This document shows, one piece after another, positions 15,229 to 24,953 of a stretch of 34,020 bases of DNA. Each line of letters begins with the position of its first letter. The first letter of the stretch is position 1. The notes under the pieces are model-generated. The model did no database searches. It saw nothing but the letters and a program-made list of their open reading frames with translations, and was not told the origin of the DNA. A program made the translations under genes and the position numbers. The DNA is from a virus (Duplodnaviria > Caudoviricetes), in the IMG/VR virus record IMGVR_UViG_3300005573_000208, positions 1 through 34,020 of that record; one strand, written 5' to 3'.

Positions 15229-18200
15229 TCAACCTCTCCCTTCTCTTCGCTCTCTCCAGGCATCATTCTTATTGATAGTATATCTCTTCCTAATCCTTTT
15301 GCAACTGTCGCCTCCGATAATTGCTTATAAAGCTTTCTCAAAACTGCCTTTTGTGTCCGGCTCATCTCTTTGGGTGGAGTTATTGGAATTCTGCTAGCGG
15401 ATATTCCAAACATTTTCGCATATTGTTCTGCTAAATTTTTCGGATACCTGAATTCGCCAGTTTCCCTATATATTCTAGGCACTCCCGGCATAGCAGTCCA
15501 TTCATAAGGAACTGTGCCATATTTCAATTGCATAATAGTTTGATGAAGCAGATTATATTGAGGTATCTGGCGTAAAATATGTTCGCTTAAAGGAGGATTA
15601 ACGCCCTTAACTATTTTAATTTTATGAGTTTGCGGATCGTATGTATATTTTTTGCCCTGTATTTCGGCAACCAATGGCGAATCAAAATCCTTATCCTTAA
15701 AAAGGTCTCTATGTAAAAATCGCTCAAAGGCTATTTTCCAAGCTGGATGTAAGCTATTTATCAAATCGGGCTCGCTTATGATATTGAACGGATTCGGTCC
15801 GCGAGTGTTTAGGAATACTATCTGTTTTGTGCCATCTTTTGCAGTCTCAAATCCAATAGGGAAAGAACCCTTTAGCCAATCTGGTAATGTATCTAAATCC
15901 GCTCCCATATTTTTAAGTTCATCTTCCCATTTCTCTTTCCCAAACTGAACCAACTTATACATCAAAGCTTCTCTAGCTGGATATTTAGCAGGTAAAGTCC
16001 AAAAAACTAACCGGAATACATTTTTATACCAAGACCAAAACGGAAACAAAAATCGCCTGATATAATTCTTTTCTGCATTGCTCAAATCCCAATAATTAAA
16101 TAGAAAATCTCCAACTGCGTCTATAGCCTGTTTTTGCAATTCTGGAGACTCTAAAACATCCTTTAGTTTTCTCTCTACGACATTATTCAGGAAAAAGAAT
16201 CGTTTCCCAGCCTCTTTCGCGGCTTGAATTTTAGCCTCTTTAATTCCCTCGTGTAAATACATAGCTTTTCTGAAAAAACCTTCTACCTTTTCATTAAACG
16301 GCGCCATAGGGGCTTTGATAAAATTAAATAAACCTGCAAGTTTAGGATAAGCTACCTCTATTGGCTGTTTAGGACGAGCTACCTTAATAGCTTTTTGAGC
16401 TTCTCCTGTCCCGACTGGCACCTCTACGGTTTTAATATCCTCAAACGGATACTTCCCTTTCCCTAACGCTCTCCCGATAGAAGAAGGTATAGGCGACTCA
16501 GTCCCGAAAAATCCTGTCATTACTTGTGCTGGAAGTCCTATCTCTGCAAAACCTTCTGCACCGTATTTAGGCAAAAGTCTGGTTTTAATTCTACCCATTA
16601 AAGTTCCTGGCTCTATACCCGGTATAAGTATTTCCCCTCTTAAAACTCTCTCTCTGAATTCGGGAGATGCTCTTCTCAAACTCTCCTTAAACGCTTGCAT
16701 CCCCGATGGACTTAACATTCCTTGTATAATAGACAAGAGCACATTACCAAACATATTATTCAATAACCAGCGGGGGCTTAATCCAAGCACAAAATTTCTC
16801 CAAGCGGATGTAGGTAAATCCCAAATAGCTAACGCAGTTCTACCTGTCAAGCGTGCTGTTCTTGTCATCTCTTCATACGCGGCTCTAGGGACGACATATA
16901 TCGGATATTTTTTCGCCCACATATCCAGAGTTTCTTTTGTGATATTCTTGAGCTTGTTATTAGCGGCCCCGATAACATAATCTACTTGAGAACCTAATTC
17001 TGCTCTTAAAGCATCTACAGTATCCTCAAATATATCTGGCGCAGTAGCTTTCAGGTATGCTAAACTATCTGTAAGTTCATTCCAAGCTTTTCCTAGAATA
17101 GACGATAAAGCATCCTCTCCCATAGTCATAGCAAGTGCAGGCAGATCGTGTGCTATCTCTTCTGCACTTTTCCCTATAAGATTGGGAGCGAATTTCTCGT
17201 AAAAAGCTCTCCGCAACCCAGCTTGTATTTCCTCAATAGCAGGCATAATATATACCTCTCGTTCCCCCATAACTCTCCGCCTTCTTAAGGTTGTCCAATG
17301 AGGTTCTGGGGTTTCAAACATCCCATAAGGAAGGCGCACTTCTGCTCCGGGAACCATCTTTTGTATAGGAAGTGATACTGTCTTTTCTGTTAATGGCGCT
17401 ACCTTTTCGCCAGGAACCCATAATTTTGCTCCCGGTATATTTTTCAAATTTTCAGCAACTCTTATTCTAGCCTGTTCTTGTGAATGCATCATTTGGCGGA
17501 TATTAAAATCCGCCTCTGGATTAAATATATTCTCGGGGAATAATCTCGCCCATCTTCTAAATCCGGCTTTAGCTGTCCACGACCAGAGACTGCGTGGCAA
17601 ATAGCGCAGATACCAATGAGCGCCTGATTCAATCATCTGGGGCGGAGTATTAAAATGATAAACTAGATTAGAACCATCGTGTCCTTTTTTGAATTCATCA
17701 ATTGCTAAATTCAAAAGAGTATCGTATTGAGAGGGTTTGTATTTATGAATATAAGCCAGAACATCATCTCCAGTCATACCTCTTAAAGCTTCATCAGCTA
17801 ATGCTGTTAGTTCCTCTGGCTTTATTTCCGTTCCTTTAAGTTGTGTCTTAATTTCCTGTTCAAGCATTTCCCGAACATCTCTCATTATAACCGGGTCAGA
17901 GGTGATTTTTTTCGCTAATTCATCTCTTGCAAACGGCTTCCATAACCTCCTTTCCTCTATAACAGGGTCTAATTTCTCCGAAGTTGCCCAAGCTCTTGAA
18001 GAGTCTCTTAAAAACTCATAAGCCTTCCTTAAAGCAGAATTTTTTTCAAATTCTGTTAAAACTTCAGGGTATTTTTCACGAATAATGTCTAGGGGAACTT
18101 CTGTCATTATTTTCAAGTATGCTTTTTCGGTATCAGATAATTTTCCCAAGAATTTATGTGAAAGAGCTTCTGCTCTTTTAATGTCTGCCATCATACTCAT

Positions 18201-19127
18201 ACTTTCGCCAATTAAAGTTCTACGCAGAGCTTTTCTAGCTTCTCTCTGACGCAAAGTCTCCCCTATTCTAGTTAACACATCAGCTTGCGATAAGCTTACT
18301 TCTGGGGGCAAACTCTCGGCTCTCTGTATAAGAGCAGATTTTGCCTTTTGTATGTAAGTTTCAGGCGTAAGAGCCTTTTGAACAAATTTTAATCCTTCTC
18401 CGACTTCTTTAAGAGGTTTTGCAGTCTGTAGAGCTATATCAGAAGCTTTTCCTAAAGCACGCAACCCAAGTCCTAGCTGAGGAACCTCTCTACCACCCAA
18501 TTCTGCTATTGTCCTAGCTCCTTGCTCAATAGCTTTCCTAGCTCCTTGCTCAAGAGCTAATCTACCCCCCTCTTCTGCAATTTTCCTTGCACCTGTTTCT
18601 AAAGCTTCTTTAGCGCCTTGTGATATAGCTCTTCTAGCTAAAGTAGCAAGAATCTGTCGCGCTCCAGTCGCCCCTGCTGATTCTAATAAAGACCCGCCCG
18701 CAGTGAAAGGGGCCGCGGCTACGCCTGCAGCCGCGGACAAATTAAGAAGATAATCAAGCGAAGTCCAAAGAGGATGCTCTTCAAAAGATTTTACCGGATG
18801 CACAACCTCTTCTTTGGTAGTTTCCCACATTCCTTTCCCTAGCTCTTTAGCAGTTTCTGTTGGCTGTGCCACTAATCCTTTAGCCAAATAGTATAATCCG
18901 GGAAGCATATAACGTATGCTTTTAACATCTCCCCAAAGGTTTTTAGCTATCTGAGCGAATTTGGATGGGTCTCCTTCAGCTTCCTTATATATCTGCTCAA
19001 GTTGCGCTAAATCGCTCTCTGTGAAAGGAATTTCTCTTGATTTCTCAATAGGAACAGAAAATAATCCTAGCCTGGCAACATAATCTTCTCTATGTCTGGA
19101 AGGGGATGAAAAATCAAATTTTATCAT
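15225..19127 (-). CDS. Large internal virion/DNA-ejection protein
   Basis: 1300 aa, helical and Ala/Gly-rich, FPFWSW-type C-terminal motif, last of three genes in the ejection-protein position. Confidence 0.65.
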   Translation of the reverse strand: MIKFDFSSPSRHREDYVARLGLFSVPIEKSREIPFTESDLAQLEQIYKEAEGDPSKFAQIAKNLWGDVKSIRYMLPGLYYLAKGLVAQPTETAKELGKGMWETTKEEVVHPVKSFEEHPLWTSLDYLLNLSAAAGVAAAPFTAGGSLLESAGATGARQILATLARRAISQGAKEALETGARKIAEEGGRLALEQGARKAIEQGARTIAELGGREVPQLGLGLRALGKASDIALQTAKPLKEVGEGLKFVQKALTPETYIQKAKSALIQRAESLPPEVSLSQADVLTRIGETLRQREARKALRRTLIGESMSMMADIKRAEALSHKFLGKLSDTEKAYLKIMTEVPLDIIREKYPEVLTEFEKNSALRKAYEFLRDSSRAWATSEKLDPVIEERRLWKPFARDELAKKITSDPVIMRDVREMLEQEIKTQLKGTEIKPEELTALADEALRGMTGDDVLAYIHKYKPSQYDTLLNLAIDEFKKGHDGSNLVYHFNTPPQMIESGAHWYLRYLPRSLWSWTAKAGFRRWARLFPENIFNPEADFNIRQMMHSQEQARIRVAENLKNIPGAKLWVPGEKVAPLTEKTVSLPIQKMVPGAEVRLPYGMFETPEPHWTTLRRRRVMGEREVYIMPAIEEIQAGLRRAFYEKFAPNLIGKSAEEIAHDLPALAMTMGEDALSSILGKAWNELTDSLAYLKATAPDIFEDTVDALRAELGSQVDYVIGAANNKLKNITKETLDMWAKKYPIYVVPRAAYEEMTRTARLTGRTALAIWDLPTSAWRNFVLGLSPRWLLNNMFGNVLLSIIQGMLSPSGMQAFKESLRRASPEFRERVLRGEILIPGIEPGTLMGRIKTRLLPKYGAEGFAEIGLPAQVMTGFFGTESPIPSSIGRALGKGKYPFEDIKTVEVPVGTGEAQKAIKVARPKQPIEVAYPKLAGLFNFIKAPMAPFNEKVEGFFRKAMYLHEGIKEAKIQAAKEAGKRFFFLNNVVERKLKDVLESPELQKQAIDAVGDFLFNYWDLSNAEKNYIRRFLFPFWSWYKNVFRLVFWTLPAKYPAREALMYKLVQFGKEKWEDELKNMGADLDTLPDWLKGSFPIGFETAKDGTKQIVFLNTRGPNPFNIISEPDLINSLHPAWKIAFERFLHRDLFKDKDFDSPLVAEIQGKKYTYDPQTHKIKIVKGVNPPLSEHILRQIPQYNLLHQTIMQLKYGTVPYEWTAMPGVPRIYRETGEFRYPKNLAEQYAKMFGISASRIPITPPKEMSRTQKAVLRKLYKQLSEATVAKGLGRDILSIRMMPGESEEKGEVE

Positions 19128-19130
19128 TTC

Positions 19131-19886
19131 TTACCTTCCCATATATCCCCGCCCTGGAGTGCCCCAACTCTGAGGAGGAGGAGGGAGAAGCCCTCCTGAA
19201 CCTTGTTTTTGGGATAATTGTTTCCCCGAAGATTGTTTTCCCGAAGATTGATTTACAGAATTTTTGGATGTAGACTGCCACTCATTAGGAACATTTAATC
19301 CAAAAGGATAACCCTGGTAAGCCAGCGAAGGATTTACAGGATTTACAGGATTTGCCGTTTGCGAGTATTCTCTCGCTATCTTTCCCAATTCTGTATTTTC
19401 AGTGAATGCTTGCGCTACTTTAGAAGTAAGAGACGGATACAAAATTGAATACCCCTTAAGCGCGTCTCTAAATGCATCTCTCTTTTGCTCTGGGGTCATC
19501 GTCGTGTTCGCGGATATTGCAAAAAGATTTTCTAGCATTCCAGCCATTATTTGCGTATCAGATACAGGGATAACGCCTCTGCCACCGCCTCCTCTACCTC
19601 CTCCGCCACCGCCTTTCCCCTCTTTTTCTAACGCTTTTGCTTCAGCCAGCGCTCTCTCTGCTTGGGCTTTATAATAGTCAACCTGAGCTTGTTGTTCAGG
19701 AGTTAACGGAAGCCCACGAAGATATTCTTCTAATTCCTTCTTGGCATTTTTTTCTGCCTCAGTCGCCTGTAATTGCCGATTTAATTCCTCTTGCGCTTTT
19801 TGTTGTTCTAATTTCTTTTCTGCAAGATAGCTTATTGCAGGTCTTAATCCCTCTGCCACTCCCCCGAAAATAGTCCCTAAAGGCAT
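19131..19886 (-). CDS. Putative ejection protein
   Basis: Q/E/A-rich helices with a Gly linker. ATG 19886 follows GGAGGTGA. Confidence 0.6.
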   Translation of the reverse strand: MPLGTIFGGVAEGLRPAISYLAEKKLEQQKAQEELNRQLQATEAEKNAKKELEEYLRGLPLTPEQQAQVDYYKAQAERALAEAKALEKEGKGGGGGGRGGGGRGVIPVSDTQIMAGMLENLFAISANTTMTPEQKRDAFRDALKGYSILYPSLTSKVAQAFTENTELGKIAREYSQTANPVNPVNPSLAYQGYPFGLNVPNEWQSTSKNSVNQSSGKQSSGKQLSQKQGSGGLLPPPPQSWGTPGRGYMGR

Positions 19887-19901
19887 AATTTCACCTCCCA
19901 T

Positions 19902-20459
19902 TTATAAGAGACTCGCGATTAGGACTCCTAAACCTAATCCACCTAATTCCCCAAGCCCTTGCTCTGCTCCGGCTCTTTGTTCCGCTAACAGCCTTGCATA
20001 ATCCATTCCGGGAGCAGTCGCTGCGCCTATAGCACCAACTCCTGTTTGAGCCGCTAATGCCGCTAAATCCTTTACACCTTGCGCTTGCTGAAGTTTGGCT
20101 TCTAAAGCCATCTGGTTTAATTTATTCCGGTAATCGCTTATCTGCTCTGCGGCTTGTCTATTCAAATCAGACGCTACAGCTTCTGCTATCCCAGATTGAG
20201 ATAATCCCATCCTGCTCATACGCCCTGCTACATTCTCAAGAGCAGTCCGATACTGACTTAAAAGCTCTTGCGGAACTCTCATCCGGGCTATAGCTTTAGT
20301 TATACGCGGTCCGTATAACATCCTAGCCTGTTGAGTATAAAGCGGATACATAACTTCAGACGGATACACAAATTTTTCCGCCTGCTCTTTTGCCCATTTA
20401 GAGTATTTTTCGCCTGCGCCTTCTCCGCTTTTCCCAAAAAGTGTATCCTCTAAGCTCAT
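19902..20459 (-). CDS. Putative ejection/pilot protein
   Basis: RMGLSQSGIA motif, Gly/Ala-rich hydrophobic C-terminus, AGGAGG SD. Confidence 0.6.
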   Translation of the reverse strand: MSLEDTLFGKSGEGAGEKYSKWAKEQAEKFVYPSEVMYPLYTQQARMLYGPRITKAIARMRVPQELLSQYRTALENVAGRMSRMGLSQSGIAEAVASDLNRQAAEQISDYRNKLNQMALEAKLQQAQGVKDLAALAAQTGVGAIGAATAPGMDYARLLAEQRAGAEQGLGELGGLGLGVLIASLL

Positions 20460-20475
20460 ATCGTTTCACACCTCC

Positions 20476-20994
20476 TCATTTTTCCTTATATCCTATCAAA
20501 TAAGCCCTGAAATACTTGCTATGGTCTGAATAAATACCCGCCGCCTCATCCTCCACTTTCCGATAGTAAATAAAATTATTATCATCTACATCAACCCAAC
20601 AATCTTGTCTGTCAAAGTCCCAAAATGTCCGGCTACTATCTGTTATAGTATTCCGACCGCTTAAACTCACTGCCGGCCCCATCTGTAATGATTTTACATC
20701 ATATTTTGGAAGTTTGCAACCGAAGTCAAACTTTATAGATTTATAAAAAGTAGTTGAGGCGGGCACTGTCATAGATATTTGAAGACTTGCCCTAATTAAA
20801 ACTAAACTTGCATAATATGGCACTCTCCAAACTTTCCAGTCTCCTGATATATTGTCAGCTTCCAAAATTTTCACTGGCTCTGATAATAAAACTATTTTCT
20901 TTTCACTCTCTACTTGGTCTTTTAATGATTGCAGATTTATCTCCTGCTCTTTTGCCCATTTTTTAGTGCTAGTTTCCTTAAAGGGATTGGGCAT
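20476..20994 (-). CDS. Hypothetical tail-associated protein
   Basis: Directly follows the nozzle gene, beta-rich C-terminal part. Confidence 0.55.
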   Translation of the reverse strand: MPNPFKETSTKKWAKEQEINLQSLKDQVESEKKIVLLSEPVKILEADNISGDWKVWRVPYYASLVLIRASLQISMTVPASTTFYKSIKFDFGCKLPKYDVKSLQMGPAVSLSGRNTITDSSRTFWDFDRQDCWVDVDDNNFIYYRKVEDEAAGIYSDHSKYFRAYLIGYKEK

Positions 20995-20997
20995 TTT

Positions 20998-23736
20998 TCA
21001 TAACCTCGCTTGTGCATACGGCTGAAATTCTATACGCCAGGGATATATTTTAATCTCACCCAGACTATCTGTTCCTGTAAATTTCAGCCGTAAAGTTTTC
21101 CCAGATCCGTTCAAAGCAGTCTTAAAAGAGTCCAAAGACCCCGTGCAACTGAGATTTTTCCCACCTGTATAATTCTCTGTGCTTCTCCCATCCAGATACC
21201 ATTTAACATTGATAGTCTGTCCGGTTTCGCCATCTGCCTTAAATTCCAAATTAAGAAAAGCTTTTCTATGTTCAGGATGTAATCCTCCCCAAGCGAAATC
21301 AAAATCTGCAGTCTCCAATTCCCAGCTAATGTTTTGTCCTAAATCGTTATCTGAATTGTTGAGATAAAATATATTCCCGTTTTTATCTCCACCAATAATT
21401 AGAAGCTTATTTGGATAATAATCATTCCGTTGGTCTATTTCTAAAACATTAGCAGACATAGTTTCAGTTCGCCAATGCTTAAAATTATAATTAAAAATTA
21501 AAGCAGTATCTTGATAATCATTAGTCCCTGTGCTTATCATCCAAATAATCTCTTTATTTGTCGGATGATGTATTCCGCAAGTTTTATCTAATCTATTAAG
21601 ATTAAGTGTTTTTATCAATTCATCTTTTAAGCCTTTGCTGATATTCTGAAGAACTGACCCATCTGTAATATAAAAATCCCCTAGCTGACTTTGAAAAAAT
21701 ACTCCAGCACCTTCTGAAGATAAAACAGGAACTACACTTGCAGGGGATACAGTCCCTATTCCTTTTATGCCTAATTCCGCTTGAACATAGCTATCTCCTG
21801 ATTTAACAAGAGAAAATATATTGTTCCTACAGAAAATTAGCAATCTATCCTCAAGTGGACATAAAGCTGTTATTTCCGCAGATTGCGCAGAAGGCATATC
21901 CCATTTATAAGCTAAACTGATTTTTTCTGGCTGACCATCATAAGACCAGAATACTACATTTCTCTGGTCTGGGCATACAAAAAATAGCTTATTATCCCAC
22001 CAGCAAGATAAAATATGTGCTGGTAAAGTTGTCCTATCTGAATTATCTGAAACTGGCTGAGCAATTAAATCAGAATCGCTCATCCCCTCTATGAAACGAA
22101 TATACCGCTCAGTAGAATTGCTATATGTAAAAACCGCCTCTCGGGGAATTTTAGCTACTAGATAATAATTATCATCTCCACAAGGAGTTCTATAAACATA
22201 AATCCATTCCCAATGAAAGTAATCATCAATAACTCCAGGATAGCCCTTGAATGCAAATCCAAATTCAAAATTATTACTGGATGGATTAGAAAATTTAGTC
22301 AAAGCGTCTGATAAAGGAAACTCGTATCCTTCTGAATTAACAAAAGAGATTTTATGCTTACAATCTCCAGAACCAGTTGCGTCCGGAGAAGAGGCTACTA
22401 TCCGAGCTAATATATATGCAGATGCCTGAACCCAACAGCCATTATCATCTAAACACTCATAAGGACTTTCACCGCCACTAGTAGAGGCTCTAGTTCCTAT
22501 GATTAAACCGGTATTGCCGGCATTATATCCACCAACTATTTTGAAAACTATATCTATTGGACGAGATAAATAGTCAGATATACCTAGAAAAGGTCTGACT
22601 TCTATATCAACCCAGTTATAGCTAGTAGTATAATCTTTTCCAACTAATCTCTTAACAAAAACCTGCCGATTAGATGTTTTATTGATATAAGTTATTGCAG
22701 AATCATCTTTATATTCTACATATACATCCATAACCCAATTAGGGCGAACAGAGGCATTCTTAAAATATAGACGAATTTTACTCAAGCCATAGACAGTATC
22801 CTCACCAGGAACATGACTTGGACTAACGCCTCTTATACGAAATTCCTTAACATTAACTTCCCAACCAGTCACTCCAGTTTCATTTGAAACATCATAAAAA
22901 TAAACTGCTGATGTCCCTTTAGTTTGTGTCCCTTGCGCTATAACTTCACCATATTTACTAGATAATCTTGTGAAATGATGATTATTATTTAAGATATAAG
23001 ATCGTATTCCTGTAGAAAAATATAATCTTTTCTGATGCCAAACTCCTGTAAAACGGATATAAGACAGAGAAGTTTCATCGGCAAGCGCAGTAATTTGTGT
23101 CAAAGTTTGCCCATCATTACTTAATTTATAAAATTTCCCATCAGCAGTAACGAAAAATCTATTATAAGGCGGAGGACAATCTACACGCCATTCGCTTGAA
23201 GCTGAGGGAGGAGTTCCACTAGAAGCAATTGAGTAGCGAAATCCAAATATATTTGCAGGAAGAGTAGTATCATCAACATACCATTTTAAGACAAAACTTG
23301 CATCTGCAGTAATAGAGTATTTATAAGAACTAGAATTATAAGAAACTGAAAAAGGACTTCCGCTACCTACTGCCGAATTAAGCGCATTTTGTAAAGCAGT
23401 TGCTAGCTCTGAATGCTCATAATACTTTCCAGATGCAAGCGTAGCTGTATAATAAGAACCATTATACACAAATTTCAGAGTGCAATTAAGGCTACTAATC
23501 TCTATAATAGGATTAGGCTCTGGCGGAATAAACTCTGCCACTATTTCAGAGCTAGCGTTTTTTATCAATTGTCTGCCTTTACTTTTACAAAAATATCCTT
23601 GAGGCTCTAGCCTGATATTTCTCATTGATTTAAATTGACTCGGCGCTCGGCTTTCAGGATTTATTGTGTCATTCTCTCCACCCGACAATCCTTGTGCAGT
23701 AAAAATTAACTTTTGTTTTGCTAATCCTCTTGCCAT
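20998..23736 (-). CDS. Tail nozzle/packaged-DNA stabilisation protein (P22 gp10/T7 gp12-like)
   Basis: N-terminal GLSGGEN...NIRL, beta-propeller-like C-half (VFWS..GQPE, ITAL, GIGTVSP), follows the adaptor. Confidence 0.75.
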   Translation of the reverse strand: MARGLAKQKLIFTAQGLSGGENDTINPESRAPSQFKSMRNIRLEPQGYFCKSKGRQLIKNASSEIVAEFIPPEPNPIIEISSLNCTLKFVYNGSYYTATLASGKYYEHSELATALQNALNSAVGSGSPFSVSYNSSSYKYSITADASFVLKWYVDDTTLPANIFGFRYSIASSGTPPSASSEWRVDCPPPYNRFFVTADGKFYKLSNDGQTLTQITALADETSLSYIRFTGVWHQKRLYFSTGIRSYILNNNHHFTRLSSKYGEVIAQGTQTKGTSAVYFYDVSNETGVTGWEVNVKEFRIRGVSPSHVPGEDTVYGLSKIRLYFKNASVRPNWVMDVYVEYKDDSAITYINKTSNRQVFVKRLVGKDYTTSYNWVDIEVRPFLGISDYLSRPIDIVFKIVGGYNAGNTGLIIGTRASTSGGESPYECLDDNGCWVQASAYILARIVASSPDATGSGDCKHKISFVNSEGYEFPLSDALTKFSNPSSNNFEFGFAFKGYPGVIDDYFHWEWIYVYRTPCGDDNYYLVAKIPREAVFTYSNSTERYIRFIEGMSDSDLIAQPVSDNSDRTTLPAHILSCWWDNKLFFVCPDQRNVVFWSYDGQPEKISLAYKWDMPSAQSAEITALCPLEDRLLIFCRNNIFSLVKSGDSYVQAELGIKGIGTVSPASVVPVLSSEGAGVFFQSQLGDFYITDGSVLQNISKGLKDELIKTLNLNRLDKTCGIHHPTNKEIIWMISTGTNDYQDTALIFNYNFKHWRTETMSANVLEIDQRNDYYPNKLLIIGGDKNGNIFYLNNSDNDLGQNISWELETADFDFAWGGLHPEHRKAFLNLEFKADGETGQTINVKWYLDGRSTENYTGGKNLSCTGSLDSFKTALNGSGKTLRLKFTGTDSLGEIKIYPWRIEFQPYAQARL

Positions 23737-24386
23737 TAAATCACTCCTGCAATTTTAGACTTAATGTATTTAGATTGTCCTCTTTGTGGAGAAGATATAT
23801 GATTGATTAAATCAACATATAGCTGATTATATCTATATCTCCATTCTCCAATTAAATCCTGAAAATTTTTATCACCAGCTAATCTGATTAACCCGCCTAG
23901 AACCAATAACTCGTGATAATTAGACGGAATAGGCGGGACATCAGTATCAGCGATCATATTACTCGCTTTTGGAATTTGCTCAATTATTAGCGTAAAGTTC
24001 CGTGTAGGTTTAGGGACTATGCCTATTTTACGGAAACTCTCTACGCCATTTATTTTAGAATATATCCCGGTTATGTAATATCTATCATCGCCATCTTGGC
24101 TGTTTTTCTCATTTCTATCACAACATTCCCAAAGCTCTTCTGGATACCCTTCTTCATAAACCGCACGCGCTAAATCAAAATCAGCAGGTAAATTATATTC
24201 TTGAGTTCCGCTAACGACATCTATTTCTATATTATTTCCAAAATTAAAATCATATTCACTTAATTTTGAAAACAGGAATGTCGCCTCATCATTTATAGCT
24301 TGTTTTTTCCTGTCAAGCGCAAATAGAATATCGTCTGGATCGTCTATTGCGCTTCTTATGCGGTTTATTATATCAAGAAAAGTCAT
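23736..24386 (-). CDS. Head-tail adaptor protein
   Basis: MTFLDIINRIR..., GTQEYNLPADF, P.P and DVPPIP..YHELLV pattern typical of podovirus adaptors. Confidence 0.75.
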   Translation of the reverse strand: MTFLDIINRIRSAIDDPDDILFALDRKKQAINDEATFLFSKLSEYDFNFGNNIEIDVVSGTQEYNLPADFDLARAVYEEGYPEELWECCDRNEKNSQDGDDRYYITGIYSKINGVESFRKIGIVPKPTRNFTLIIEQIPKASNMIADTDVPPIPSNYHELLVLGGLIRLAGDKNFQDLIGEWRYRYNQLYVDLINHISSPQRGQSKYIKSKIAGVI

Positions 24387-24856
24387 CTATTGCCTCCTAT
24401 TATTGCTCCTATAAATTTAGGAGTATATTTCCATTTCAGATACCCAGCGACTTCAGATTGAGCTATTTCCTCCAAATTTTGAGCTTCTCTCTCTTTAAGT
24501 TTATGCAATTTTTCAGAATAATTCATCAAATCTTGAATTGTATGCCATTGGCATCTAGCCCCTCTTAACCAAGTTAGAACATCATCTCCCAGTGGTCTAT
24601 ATCTACCATCTGGAGTTTGGACAATTTTGATCACGATTTTTTTAGGGACAAGTTTGAAAATTTTCTGTCCGCTAATATCTATCCCAGTTTGCTGGAGAAC
24701 ATATCTAGGAATTTCTCTACAATTCTGGTTTTTAAGAATATCTTGAAGTATGACCCATCTCCAGCCAACTCCACGCACAGGCATAAATCTGACAGATAAA
24801 TGCGGATAGATTCTCAACATATCTCGCATAAATCTTTTGGAGGGTTTTAACCTCAT
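24383..24856 (-). CDS. Hypothetical protein downstream of capsid
   Basis: ATG 24856 after AGGGGG. The longer TTG start runs through a hairpin. Confidence 0.65.
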   Translation of the reverse strand: MRLKPSKRFMRDMLRIYPHLSVRFMPVRGVGWRWVILQDILKNQNCREIPRYVLQQTGIDISGQKIFKLVPKKIVIKIVQTPDGRYRPLGDDVLTWLRGARCQWHTIQDLMNYSEKLHKLKEREAQNLEEIAQSEVAGYLKWKYTPKFIGAIIGGNR

Positions 24857-24888
24857 TTTATTGCCCCCTATCTTCTTTTTTCGGAATT

Positions 24889-24935
24889 GGCGGGATGAGG
24901 TGGAGGGGAAATTTCGCTCCTCATCCCGCCTTTTT
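24889..24935. terminator. Strong stem-loop after the capsid gene
   Basis: GGCGGGATGAGG / CCTCATCCCGCC form a perfect 12-bp stem. The T5 tract is on the + strand side. Confidence 0.7.
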
Positions 24936-24953
24936 CCGAAATTCAATTTCCGA

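Noticed and set aside
15225-19127. Tape-measure protein or virion RNA polymerase
   Set aside because: No tail tube genes accompany it, and no polymerase catalytic motifs were recognised.
19210-19350. Micro-repeats QSSGK x2 and PVN x2
   Set aside because: These look like ordinary slippage in a disordered tail.
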